Source of the DNA: Nitrososphaeria archaeon
GTDB taxonomy: Archaea > Thermoproteota > Nitrososphaeria > JACIWG01
Reading direction: 5' to 3'
Length of the DNA: 64,000 nt
Assembly (NCBI GenBank): GCA_963752255.1
Contig: CAVVXT010000014.1
Coordinates: 32,803-96,802, forward strand
In this document: one piece after another, positions 11,201 to 19,928 of the stretch
How positions within the stretch are numbered: position 1 is the first letter of the stretch
How the letters are laid out: each line of letters opens with the position of its first letter
Translations under genes and position numbers: made by a program
The notes under the pieces: model-generated
What the model was told of the DNA's origin: nothing
Databases searched by the model: none
The model's input: the letters and a program-made list of their open reading frames with translations, nothing else

Positions 11201-11642
11201 TATTATGTTCTTAAGTAAGGATAGAAATTCCCTTGCAACAGCACCCTCATTTGTTGAAAAAATTGAGAGACAATTTCATTACGAGCTGATAATCAAAGCT
11301 GTTAATATAAATGATGCTATTGTTTCTATTCTAAGCACGCATTTGTTGCCTGATATAATGGGGAACCTTAAAGCTTTTGGTTCACAAAAAGTTAGATGCA
11401 AGAAGTGTGGAGAAAAATACAGAAGAGTTCCCTTAAAGGGTGTCTGCTTAAAATGTGGAGGAGATCTACAACTCTCTGTGACAAAGAGGAGTGTTGGAAA
11501 GTTCCTAGAGTTAGCTGACAGTCTTGCAGCACATGAAGGTGTTCCAACTTACGTTAGAACAAGAGTAGAATTAGCAAAGGAAGACTTTGAAAGTCTATTT
11601 GGTAAGGAAAAGAAACAAGTTCAATTGACGAACTTCACCTGA
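8223..11642 (+). CDS. polC: DNA polymerase II (PolD) large catalytic subunit DP2
   Basis: It is 1139 aa with multiple Cys clusters (CKNCGSP...CPLC, CKKCGEKYRR...CLKCGG) and matches the DP2 architecture. It lies next to DP1, orc1 and oriC. Confidence 0.8.
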   Translation: MSLMQQYFSLLKERISLTQNYEFYYQKMTEDIEKAISIAELARKKGQDPSLIIENKLVFDLSSRVEELIGLRGLSDRLRELLKFYKKEAAALAIAVEVASGRFGSLTQEQALDKGIRTGLAVITDGVTVAPLQGISRITIKKNKDGSSYASIYFAGPIRSAGGTDTAFTLVIANEVRKMLGIEIYHVNDYDDEIGRFIEELRTYEREVGNFQYKVSDEDLRTALIYIPVEVNGVETDQVELMMHRNMRRIEANKVRGGALRVINDGLIGRARKLEKLVKELSISDWDWLSHLKGGQQESSTLTHFGDVIAGRPILSYPGSIGGFRLRYGRCFNTGLSTVGINPVTAVILDYAMVTGTQIKLDRPGKSATIALVDTIEGPIVKLQDESVIKVEDIKTAEELKNNISSILFLGDILISFGDFVENNATLVQSAYVEEYWAQDVIDACNSLYGNITIASQNLNMPLESLTKWIEQPNQFFPNFDTAFELSEKLNVPLHPRYLFFWDLLSITNFLFLRNTLLGSTIKDKELIVNNNPQIKDLLETLCVPHRKDNSLLIIPEEVTKVLTKCLTLEKEAILPGEYKTTLELVSACCGITIKNKCSAYIGVRLGRPEKAEERKMKPPVHLLFPVGSFGGSSRDLIKASSATINVPLVNRFCISCSSFQLFSKCKNCGSPTQISYICPLCNSTLKKDEICPRCKILPSPYSQRIINLKDELDSAVQKFDYKLVPPLKGVKGLMNENKQPEPIEKGILRQKHGLQIYRDGTVRFDATNMPITSFLPNLISTNFDMLIKMGYSKEDLNSGNPVSIFVQDVVLPRNATTYLLKTSKFIDELLEKFYSLPTFYNAKKEEDLIGHLIVGIAPHTSVAVIGRIIGFSNSQVCLAHPFWHSAKRRDCDGDADSVALLLDILINFSLSYVPSQIGGLMDTPLLLQPYIIPSEVEDQSLSIDSSPRYPRDFYEKTLKGISAKDISSITLVKNNISQKEEYIKINYNYNTSIMFLSKDRNSLATAPSFVEKIERQFHYELIIKAVNINDAIVSILSTHLLPDIMGNLKAFGSQKVRCKKCGEKYRRVPLKGVCLKCGGDLQLSVTKRSVGKFLELADSLAAHEGVPTYVRTRVELAKEDFESLFGKEKKQVQLTNFT

Positions 11643-12951
11643 TTCTTATATACTCATGCGCTCTTCTGGTTGCTTCAAAGCAGAAGTGGACCTGTTGAAA
11701 GTCTTTTCTGAAATCTTTTACCTTTTCTCTGACTTCTCCTATATTTTTATTTTTAACTATTATATCTGCAATAAAACCTGCGACAACACTCATATCTGAT
11801 TCCCTCATACCTAATCTAGTAAGTTCTGATACTCCAAATCTTAATCCACCCGGATTAGTAAAGTGTCTTCCTTCTTTAATATCCCATGGTAATAGATTCC
11901 TATTACAGATTATATTTGCTTGCTCTAATATTCTTTCGAGATCTCCTCCTAGACCAAACTTTGTCACTTCAACCAATACTATATGCGAATCAGTGAATCC
12001 TCTTTTCTCTCCAACCACCTTTAGTCCTTGACTATAAAGTGAAGTTGCTAACGACTTTGCGTTCTTAATGATCTGTTCAGCATACTTTTCTCCAAACTCA
12101 AGAACTTCTGCAAATGATATTGCTTTGGCAGCAACAGAATGTAAATGGTGATTACTTACATTGCCAGGGAAAACAGCCTTTTTTATCTTCTCTGAAAAGG
12201 TATCAAATGATAAAATCATTCCTCCCTGAGGTCCAAACAGTGTTTTATGGGTGCTACATGTAATTGCATCAGCACCTTCTCTTAAAGGATCTTGAAATTT
12301 TTTACCGGCTATTAATCCAATAACGTGAGCTGCATCATAACAAACGAAAGTTCCTTTTTCTTTAAAAGTTGATGCTAACTCTTTAAGTGGTTGTGGAAAA
12401 AGTAGTACAGAACCGCCAAACATAGCTAACTTTATTTTTATTCCAGTCCTTTCAAATTCATTGATTTTATTTATCGTTTTATCCACATCAATATTCATTT
12501 CTTCATAATCAAAAGGGAAATATTCAGTCCTAAGCCCATGTACAGCTCCCGCCGTGCCTCCTAGCTCAATTTTTCCTGTACTTATGTGACCACCAGATGG
12601 AATGGATAAGGACATCATATAATCTCCAGGAGAAGTAAAAGCTGTGTAAATTGCGAGATTAGCGCACACACCAGAAATTGGTCTTACATCGACAAATTGA
12701 CATTGAAATATTTTCTTGGCTTCTTCTATTGCAAGAAGCTCGATTTGATCGATATAAATGCAGCCAGCGTATACTCTTTCACCTGGCCATCCTTCTGCAT
12801 ATCTATTTCCTAGATCACTTAATAACGCTTCTCTGACTGCTGGACTCGGAACGTTTTCGCTTGCAATTAAAGGTAAACTTTCTGAGAACCAGTCATGATG
12901 AGCTTTCAATAATTTAAAAACATTATCATAAGCTTCTCTGTTATTACTCAT
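11635..12951 (-). CDS. glyA: serine hydroxymethyltransferase
   Basis: It has the PLP-lysine motif STHKTLFGPQGG and a typical SHMT N-terminus (ASENVPSPAVREALLSDLGNRYAEGWPGERVYAG). Confidence 0.85.
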   Translation of the reverse strand: MSNNREAYDNVFKLLKAHHDWFSESLPLIASENVPSPAVREALLSDLGNRYAEGWPGERVYAGCIYIDQIELLAIEEAKKIFQCQFVDVRPISGVCANLAIYTAFTSPGDYMMSLSIPSGGHISTGKIELGGTAGAVHGLRTEYFPFDYEEMNIDVDKTINKINEFERTGIKIKLAMFGGSVLLFPQPLKELASTFKEKGTFVCYDAAHVIGLIAGKKFQDPLREGADAITCSTHKTLFGPQGGMILSFDTFSEKIKKAVFPGNVSNHHLHSVAAKAISFAEVLEFGEKYAEQIIKNAKSLATSLYSQGLKVVGEKRGFTDSHIVLVEVTKFGLGGDLERILEQANIICNRNLLPWDIKEGRHFTNPGGLRFGVSELTRLGMRESDMSVVAGFIADIIVKNKNIGEVREKVKDFRKDFQQVHFCFEATRRAHEYIRIR

Positions 12952-13034
12952 ACAAGTAAATACAATTTATCCTTATTTTAAATGTTTTCTAAGTTAAAAA
13001 TGTTTAAATTATGAACTCTAACCTCTAGATAGGT

Positions 13035-13211
13035 ATGAGTTCTAAGAAGAAGAAACAGCCTGGAGGGCCAATGCCTGCATCGAGCGCTGGGTTACTACGA
13101 TTTTTTGAAGATGAAACTCCTGGGATTAAGATTAGGCCTGAATTCGTTATGGCATTTGCTATATCTTTGATTGTAGCTTCTATTTTATTACTTGTATTTG
13201 TGCCACCATAA
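13035..13211 (+). CDS. secG: preprotein translocase subunit Sec61-beta (SecG), 58 aa; absent from the ORF track
   Basis: The translation is MSSKKKKQPGGPMPASSAGLLRFFEDETPGIKIRPEFVMAFAISLIVASILLLVFVPP. It has the conserved GL(I/L)R(F/Y)F motif and a single C-terminal TM helix, typical of archaeal Sec61-beta. Confidence 0.6.
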   Translation: MSSKKKKQPGGPMPASSAGLLRFFEDETPGIKIRPEFVMAFAISLIVASILLLVFVPP

Positions 13212-13226
13212 TCAGTGGTGCGCTGA

Positions 13227-14033
13227 ATGAATGACGACAGAACAGCGCATATTGCTAATTTATACAAGAAACTTTTTCGTCTTCCTTCAACTAAAATTGC
13301 ACTTTTATTTTCATTATTGGTTACTCTTCTTATATCATTGCCGTTTATTTTAATTCTCAAAAATTTAATAGATTATTCTATTTTAACTTCTTTCATATTG
13401 TTTTCAATAATAACTATAGCTTTTATTGATACATGGTTAACGTCTTTCTCCCCAATATCATCCTTCAGAAGGATTATATTTGCAATATTCTTTGAGCTTT
13501 TTCCTCTAATTTTGCTGTCGGTGTGTAGTTTTTTTTTAATTATCTCAGAAGTACTTACTAGGTCTCTTTTTTTAGGAATTTTTTTATTGTTAACAGGCTA
13601 TGTTTTATCTATAAGATTTTTTTTGATGTATGTAATATTCTATAAAGATTTTTTTAAAACTATATTTCCAACTATTCTTCTTCCAGTCGCAATATACTCT
13701 TCAGTTTTTGTTTTTCAGCCTATCAAATTTCCGATTATCGTTCTTTCGTTACTCTTCAGCTCAATTTTCTTAGGTGCAACGGTTCTGTTTCTAAGATATA
13801 TAGATCGGGTTGGGACAAAAATGCTCAAAGTTAATTCATTCCAAATACTTACTTCCTATTTACAGTCTTGGATAAGTTCCATTCCAAATGAACTTGAAGA
13901 AATACTTGAAAAATATAGTGAACCTTCAATAATAAAAACATACCAGATAAATTTAAACCAAAATGGTCGCAAACTCTGCTCTAGTAATTCCAGGAATTCA
14001 TCCAGGTCCTTTCTCTCCAATTGGAAGCTATAA
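13227..14033 (+). CDS. polytopic membrane protein (possible N-terminal part of a DUF2070-like protein)
   Basis: It has 6-7 predicted TM helices, and its 3' end overlaps the next ORF by about 70 nt in another frame. Confidence 0.4.
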   Translation: MNDDRTAHIANLYKKLFRLPSTKIALLFSLLVTLLISLPFILILKNLIDYSILTSFILFSIITIAFIDTWLTSFSPISSFRRIIFAIFFELFPLILLSVCSFFLIISEVLTRSLFLGIFLLLTGYVLSIRFFLMYVIFYKDFFKTIFPTILLPVAIYSSVFVFQPIKFPIIVLSLLFSSIFLGATVLFLRYIDRVGTKMLKVNSFQILTSYLQSWISSIPNELEEILEKYSEPSIIKTYQINLNQNGRKLCSSNSRNSSRSFLSNWKL

Positions 14034-15000
14034 TTTACCTTCAGATATCATCTCCTTTTTTAAAGAAAAATCAATTCCTTCTATGGTTTTCCACACTCCT
14101 TCTTCACATGCCATAAATCTACCTTCAAGAAAAGAAGTCGAGAACTACCTAAATTCTATTGACATAAAAAAAGATGATACATTTACGGAAGGCAACATCT
14201 GTTCTAAGCCTTTGAGGGTGAGCAAGAACAAAGCAACAGTAACAGGTCTAATGTTCAATAATACGGCTTTAGTGTTTTTATCTTTAGCTCCGTATGGTGC
14301 GGAAGACTTTCCTTCTGAAATTATAAACTATACTAAACAATTTATTGACAAGAATATCTTAGATGAAATAATTCTTATAGACGCACATAATGCTTTAGGA
14401 GATGCAATTTTTGATGATGACTTAAATGATATTAAGAATTGTTTAAGCGATTTGATCCAGGAATTAAAAGTAGAATCCAAGAGTAGGTTCAGTTTTAACT
14501 TTGTTAGTTTGGATCACTTAGAATATAAAGAAATTGGGCCAGGAGGAGCAGGCTGTTTGTGTCTTACAATAAATAATGATAATTATTTGCTATATTCAAT
14601 AGATTCCAACAATTCTATACCATCACTCAAAACTAACCTAGAACAAGCTCTCTACAGAAGGGGTCTATTTCTATTAGAAATTTGTACAACTGATTCGCAT
14701 TTTCTGTCGGGTAAAACTAAAACAAAGAAAGGCTACTATGCGTTAGGAGAACTGTCTTCAGAAAAGGAAATAATCAAGAAATTGGTAGATCCAACTATTT
14801 ATATTTACATAAGAGATAATCAAAAAAATGCCAATTTTAAGATAGAGTGCCATACTTCAAATGTTAGAACTATAGGGCAAGCACAAATCAATTTATACTC
14901 AAAATTCACGAATAAAATGTTATCTCTTTCATTAAAGGGCGCAATCTTACTTGTCCTTTTATCTATTCTATTGCTTACCATCTTTATTGAGATCTTGTAA
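13963..15000 (+). CDS. conserved archaeal protein with a soluble domain and a C-terminal TM helix (possible C-terminal part of the same DUF2070-like protein)
   Basis: The 345-aa ORF starts inside the previous ORF and ends with the TM helix AILLVLLSILLLTIFIEIL. The joint size of about 600 aa fits archaeal DUF2070. Confidence 0.35.
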   Translation: MVANSALVIPGIHPGPFSPIGSYNLPSDIISFFKEKSIPSMVFHTPSSHAINLPSRKEVENYLNSIDIKKDDTFTEGNICSKPLRVSKNKATVTGLMFNNTALVFLSLAPYGAEDFPSEIINYTKQFIDKNILDEIILIDAHNALGDAIFDDDLNDIKNCLSDLIQELKVESKSRFSFNFVSLDHLEYKEIGPGGAGCLCLTINNDNYLLYSIDSNNSIPSLKTNLEQALYRRGLFLLEICTTDSHFLSGKTKTKKGYYALGELSSEKEIIKKLVDPTIYIYIRDNQKNANFKIECHTSNVRTIGQAQINLYSKFTNKMLSLSLKGAILLVLLSILLLTIFIEIL

Positions 15001-15084
15001 CTTTGTCCATTGTTATTGCGATGAAGGCAATACTCTTTCAAATATTTTAAAATAGTATTTTTAATTAATAGATGTGTTAGAAGA

Positions 15085-16545
15085 ATGCGAGATTTAGAGT
15101 CTATAATAGAAGAAATTTTACATAAAAGGCCAGAAATCTCCAGGGAAAATGTTCTTCTACTAATTCATGAAAAAAAGGATAATATTGGAAGCGGATATTT
15201 AACCGATACTGGGGCGGCATATCTAATAGCTGCTGATCTAGGGTTAACTTTGGATTTTGAACTTCCATCCGGATTAGAAATTAAAGATCTATATGTTGGA
15301 GCTAATTCAGTAAATTTAAGTTGTAGGGTTTGTTCTGTTTCAGAACTAAAGAACTATAAAAAACGTGACAGTACAGAAGGCAGTCTCGTATCTTTAACAG
15401 TTTTTGACAAGACGGGTTTTATAAGGTGTAATCTGTGGGACTCTAAAGCTGAGGAAATACAAAACATGAACCTTAAACCTGAAGATGGAATTTTGATTGG
15501 AAAAGCCTATGTTCGATCTGACTTTAACAATTCTCCCTCTTTGCATGTTGGACAAAGAAGTACAATAGTTAAGATTGAAAATAAGGATCTGTTATCAAAA
15601 CTTCCCACACTGAAGGATATCGCTATTTCTCTTGATGATTTTGTTGCACAGCAAGGTCTTTTCTGTTTAAAGGCAATAGTGAACTCCCTACCTATAACTT
15701 ATTCTTTCTCTAGAAAGGATGGTTCACAGGGTAACATTGAATCTTTTTTTATACGAGGTTTGAGGAAGGATATTAAACATCGTATTGTATTATGGTTGTC
15801 TTTGAACTCTTCAAAAAATATCCCTCCTGTTGGATCGCTAGTAGTAATTTGCCCTTTAAAGATGAAACCCCAAATGACAGGAGATATCGAATTTCATGGT
15901 GACGAAAAAACAATAATTATCCATCTTACAGAAGAATTTTTGTCATATACTCCAAAAGAGATAATTGAATCATCACTCCGATTATTATCGATTGGTGTAC
16001 CCCAAAAAACTAAGAAAGGCTCTGATTCAGTAAACGCTCTAGTATTAACTGAAGATGAAAGGATGCTTTCTTTGATTGGGTTAAATGACTTAGTGCCTTT
16101 TCTACTTTCAATGAAGATAGGTGACGTTATTGAGGGCTCGTTTACCTTTATAGATAAAGATAAACTGCTTTGTACAGATGTTAATAAAATAAGCAAGAAA
16201 AACAAAGCCATTCCCTTTGACATTTCGAACCAATATCAAAAAATATCAGATATAAAAGCAACCATTAATGAGAATAAAAAGTTTTTCTTAAAAGCTGTTG
16301 CAATATCCCAGGCAACTCAAAGAGAGGTTACCACAAGGAATGGAGAAAAAATAATTCTCTCAGAACTCCTAATAGGAGACGAAACAGATGAAATCAATTT
16401 AATAGCTTGGAGAAGTCTATCAAAACTAATAGATAAAATAGCCCCTGGGGAGCGACTGATTATTAATGGCGTAATGCTTAAGGCAAAACCAACTTTCACA
16501 CTGGAAGTCAAATCCTTTTCCTCAATCATAAAGATTTCTGAATAG
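15085..16545 (+). CDS. RPA-like single-stranded DNA-binding protein with several OB folds
   Basis: It has repeated OB-fold-like segments (VNLSCRVCSVSELKNY...LTVFDKTGFIRCNLWD, and again KKFFLKAVAISQATQREVTTRNGEKIILSELLIGDETDEINLIAWR). Confidence 0.4.
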   Translation: MRDLESIIEEILHKRPEISRENVLLLIHEKKDNIGSGYLTDTGAAYLIAADLGLTLDFELPSGLEIKDLYVGANSVNLSCRVCSVSELKNYKKRDSTEGSLVSLTVFDKTGFIRCNLWDSKAEEIQNMNLKPEDGILIGKAYVRSDFNNSPSLHVGQRSTIVKIENKDLLSKLPTLKDIAISLDDFVAQQGLFCLKAIVNSLPITYSFSRKDGSQGNIESFFIRGLRKDIKHRIVLWLSLNSSKNIPPVGSLVVICPLKMKPQMTGDIEFHGDEKTIIIHLTEEFLSYTPKEIIESSLRLLSIGVPQKTKKGSDSVNALVLTEDERMLSLIGLNDLVPFLLSMKIGDVIEGSFTFIDKDKLLCTDVNKISKKNKAIPFDISNQYQKISDIKATINENKKFFLKAVAISQATQREVTTRNGEKIILSELLIGDETDEINLIAWRSLSKLIDKIAPGERLIINGVMLKAKPTFTLEVKSFSSIIKISE

Positions 16546-16547
16546 GA

Positions 16548-16973
16548 TTAATTGTCCCAAAAAGGTCTAGTTCTTATGAAAACCTTTTCAGCTCGGTATA
16601 TTTCCCTTAGTAATTCTTCTTCGCTTGCCTTTTTGTCAAGTATTCTAACCGCATTTGATGGACCAACTCCGTATCCTGAAAGAACGTAGACAGCTTTCTT
16701 ACCATAATTTTGAATTAGCGAGGAAGTCTTCCATAACTTTTTGTATTCATCAAATTCCTCCTTTGAAAGCTTTTTGTTCTGAAGTTTTTTCTTTATTATA
16801 TCTCTCGCGGTTTCATTCCAACTCGAGACCATTGTCATCAATCTAGATCGACATCTCTGACAATAAATTGGCTCAGTTACTTCCTTTGTTAAAATTGTCT
16901 TCTCAAATTTTCCACAGGAGAGACATAAAAATTTATGTTTTCTATTTTCAAGTCTTTCCTTTATTGTATTCAA
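16548..16973 (-). CDS. Zn-ribbon protein immediately downstream of the Lhr-like helicase; TTG start
   Basis: It has a C4 motif CLSCG...CQRC and starts 9 nt after the helicase stop in a different frame. Confidence 0.35.
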   Translation of the reverse strand: MNTIKERLENRKHKFLCLSCGKFEKTILTKEVTEPIYCQRCRSRLMTMVSSWNETARDIIKKKLQNKKLSKEEFDEYKKLWKTSSLIQNYGKKAVYVLSGYGVGPSNAVRILDKKASEEELLREIYRAEKVFIRTRPFWDN

Positions 16974-16984
16974 AATAGTTATAC

Positions 16985-19279
16985 TTACATCGTACGCTGT
17001 TGTTGCACTTTAGATTTGTACCTGAATCCAATCTTGGCTAATGGGGAGAAATCTTTACTGTTTTTTATTAAAACATCAATTTTTCCTTCTCTAATATCGT
17101 TTAGAATTTTATTTGCGTTATCAATATCAAACTTATCTGTAAAAATTTCATTTAAAACCTCTAAATATAGTGGTGTACCAAAATATCTCTTTAAAATAAG
17201 AGAACTAAAGCGGCCATCATATGCTACACCTTTTGGAATGATACCAAATCGTTTACCTATATGCCATCCTCTGGTTTTCATTAAGCTAGAATCTCTAACA
17301 GCAACTTCCAAAATTTCTCTGAGATTAAATTGCCCAGTTAATGTTTCCTTGATAATTTCTGGGGTTAAAATCTCACCTCCACTTATTATAATCCTATAAG
17401 GGTCGTATGTATATTCAATAACATAACCAAGCTTCGAAGTCAGAACCGTTGAAAGCAACGTTCCAAGAGTATTGTTTATTTTCGTCCCACAGCATGAGTG
17501 AATGACATAGGTACTGTCATCAATTTTTTTTTCAATAACTAGATGTTTATCATCTGGAATCATTCCTATCTGATCTTTTGTTTCCTCAAAAATCTTTTTA
17601 GCCTCTTGACAAATATTTTCACGCTTGTAATCTCTTCTAATCTTACCTACAAGTACAGCTGTTTTCTGATCGACTGGAATAAGTTCGCCCATCCAATAAG
17701 GAATTTCACTTTCTGGAATATTTTTTGGTTCAACTTTAACTATTTGTTTAACGTCGTCTATTGATAGAACATTCCAAGCAGTACCTCTTAAAACAAAAGG
17801 TCTTTCTTGCTCTAATGCTTCTCTGACAAAAAGTTGATCCACATTCCCTACTCTCATATTGTTTACAACATTAATAACAGAATACTGTAAATTTTCAGGG
17901 ATCATTGAGACATTACCGAAGTAATAAGTGAAACATTTACTCCCTCTATAAACAGTATCACCATCAAAGTGAACTGCTTTTATTTCCGATAAAATTTTTA
18001 TAATTTCAATAATGTTCTCAGAATTAAGCTCTGTATAAAATATAGTTTCCTTGGCCATTCCAATTATCTCTTCAGACTTTATTGCCTTGTATACTAAGGC
18101 TAGACCTACTATTTGATGTGCTAAAACGTCCAGAGCACAATAATGTAATACAGGTTCTTCAAGTTCTCCCTTTTCTATTAACTTGCATATTGCAGCCGTC
18201 TCGATATGATCGTCGATGGAATTATTTAAAATAAGTCCTTTAGCAATTCCTCCAACTTTATGCTCACTTCTTCCTACACGTTGCAAAAGCTTGACTGCTT
18301 GTCTTGGTGAGTCGATTTGTATAACAAGAGAAACAGCACCGATATCGATCCCCATTTCAAGAGACGATGTTGTGACTACAACCTTTGCTATTCCCTCTCT
18401 TAGCTCCTTCTCCGCTTGTTCTCTACTTTCTTTAGATAGAGAGCCATGATGAACCTCGATCAGTATCTCAGGATTTTTTGCCTTAATTAACGCTGCTAAA
18501 TATTCTGCCGTTTGCCTAGTATTTGTGAAGATTATAGTTGATCTATTACCCTTGATTTGCTCAAATATATTTTCTATTGCAACTTTTGCAATATTGGTTA
18601 ATTCACCATCGACGAACTTATTTTCAAATAAATATTGACGAGATATTTTATCGATTACAACAGCTCCCTTTCTTTTAACACCAAAGAGAAACTTCTTTGC
18701 TTTGTCTGGAGAACCAATAGTAGCAGATAGACCGATCCGGACAAATCTCGGACTAATTTTTTCCAATCTTTCCAGTGAAAATGCAAGATGCACTCCCCTT
18801 TTGCTGTTTATAAGTTCATGAACTTCATCAACGATGACCCATTCAATATTCTCTAATTTTTTAATAAATTTAGGTAATGCTAGGAGAATGCTCAATGTTT
18901 CTGGAGTAGATATTAGGAGGTCAGGTGGTTCTTCTTGTATCATTCTTCGTCTAGATGCTGATGTGTCTCCATGTCTAACGTCAACGTTTAGGCCGAAATA
19001 ATCTGCATAGCTCTTGATTCTACGAAATAGGTCTCTGTTGAGAGCTCTCAAAGGTGTGATGTACAAAATTCTGGGGTTTTTATGCTCTTTATCTTTTGAG
19101 ATAAGGTAAAATATAGGTAAAATAGCTGCCTCAGTTTTTCCAGTGCCTGTGGGAGAAATAATTAACGTATTAACCTTGTTCAGTATGATTGGAAAAGTTT
19201 TTTTCTGAATTTTAGTTAGATCTTTAAAGCCAAGTCTACTTACATGTACGATCAGCTCATCCAGTCTGGTTTCTTTCAT
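16985..19279 (-). CDS. lhr: Lhr-type DExH-box ATP-dependent helicase
   Basis: It has Walker A SPTGTGKT, DEVHE, helicase motif VI and an Lhr-like N-terminus (KIQKKTFPIILNKVNTLIISPTGTGKTEAAILPI). Confidence 0.7.
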   Translation of the reverse strand: MKETRLDELIVHVSRLGFKDLTKIQKKTFPIILNKVNTLIISPTGTGKTEAAILPIFYLISKDKEHKNPRILYITPLRALNRDLFRRIKSYADYFGLNVDVRHGDTSASRRRMIQEEPPDLLISTPETLSILLALPKFIKKLENIEWVIVDEVHELINSKRGVHLAFSLERLEKISPRFVRIGLSATIGSPDKAKKFLFGVKRKGAVVIDKISRQYLFENKFVDGELTNIAKVAIENIFEQIKGNRSTIIFTNTRQTAEYLAALIKAKNPEILIEVHHGSLSKESREQAEKELREGIAKVVVTTSSLEMGIDIGAVSLVIQIDSPRQAVKLLQRVGRSEHKVGGIAKGLILNNSIDDHIETAAICKLIEKGELEEPVLHYCALDVLAHQIVGLALVYKAIKSEEIIGMAKETIFYTELNSENIIEIIKILSEIKAVHFDGDTVYRGSKCFTYYFGNVSMIPENLQYSVINVVNNMRVGNVDQLFVREALEQERPFVLRGTAWNVLSIDDVKQIVKVEPKNIPESEIPYWMGELIPVDQKTAVLVGKIRRDYKRENICQEAKKIFEETKDQIGMIPDDKHLVIEKKIDDSTYVIHSCCGTKINNTLGTLLSTVLTSKLGYVIEYTYDPYRIIISGGEILTPEIIKETLTGQFNLREILEVAVRDSSLMKTRGWHIGKRFGIIPKGVAYDGRFSSLILKRYFGTPLYLEVLNEIFTDKFDIDNANKILNDIREGKIDVLIKNSKDFSPLAKIGFRYKSKVQQQRTM

Positions 19280-19467
19280 ATAGATCTAATGTTTTCGTTT
19301 GAAATTCGAATATTCGTAGAATAATACCATTATTAATCCTAAAGCAAATAGGCCAGACATTATAAGTATCCAAAAATTAAAGAAAGTAGTAACGTCCATA
19401 GCAGAACTCTTCCCGCTTTCTATTATATATTTTTATCTAATTTTGCATACGATTTAAAAAGATTTAG

Positions 19468-19539
19468 AGCTCCGAGCGGGTTTTGAACCCGCGGCCTATA
19501 GCTTACAAGGCTATCGCTCTACCACTGAGCTACCGGAGC
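19468..19539 (-). tRNA. tRNA-Thr (TGT)
   Basis: The minus-strand cloverleaf has acceptor gctccgg/ctcggagc, D-loop agctcagtggtagagc, anticodon loop cuUGUaa and T-arm gcgggttcaaaacccgc. Confidence 0.75.
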
Positions 19540-19572
19540 TCGTCAAAACTTAATAAAGTAGGTTTAAAACTT

Positions 19573-19884
19573 TTACTTTATATCCATGAAGAGTATCTTC
19601 ATAAAAGACTCGAGTTCATCATCACGATAATAGAAAGTCGAATATTCATCTCTTTTTTTTGCGATTAAAAATGCATACAGATGATAGCAGAACTGCCTCT
19701 TCTTCTTAAGTATGTTAAAATAGAAATCTTTGCAAGAACAAAAAGGGGGTTTCTCATTTACTAAATTGTCTCCCTCCTCTCCAATTACGGTCCAAATTTC
19801 TGATTGACTAGGTAAGAACACATGTTTTCTGATAGCTTTACGTTCTAAGGTTAATTGTACTTTGTTCCTAGTCGTTCTTTTCAT
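19573..19884 (-). CDS. SWIM-type zinc-finger protein
   Basis: It carries a CxC...CxH signature (FCSCKDF...CYHLYAF). Confidence 0.35.
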   Translation of the reverse strand: MKRTTRNKVQLTLERKAIRKHVFLPSQSEIWTVIGEEGDNLVNEKPPFCSCKDFYFNILKKKRQFCYHLYAFLIAKKRDEYSTFYYRDDELESFMKILFMDIK

Positions 19885-19928
19885 ATCTAGACGTTAACTT
19901 ATTTAAAGAGTCTTATTTATCAATATCT

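Noticed and set aside
13025-13360. A 111-aa minus-strand ORF.
   Set aside because: It is antisense to a clear Sec61-beta gene on the plus strand and has no recognisable features.
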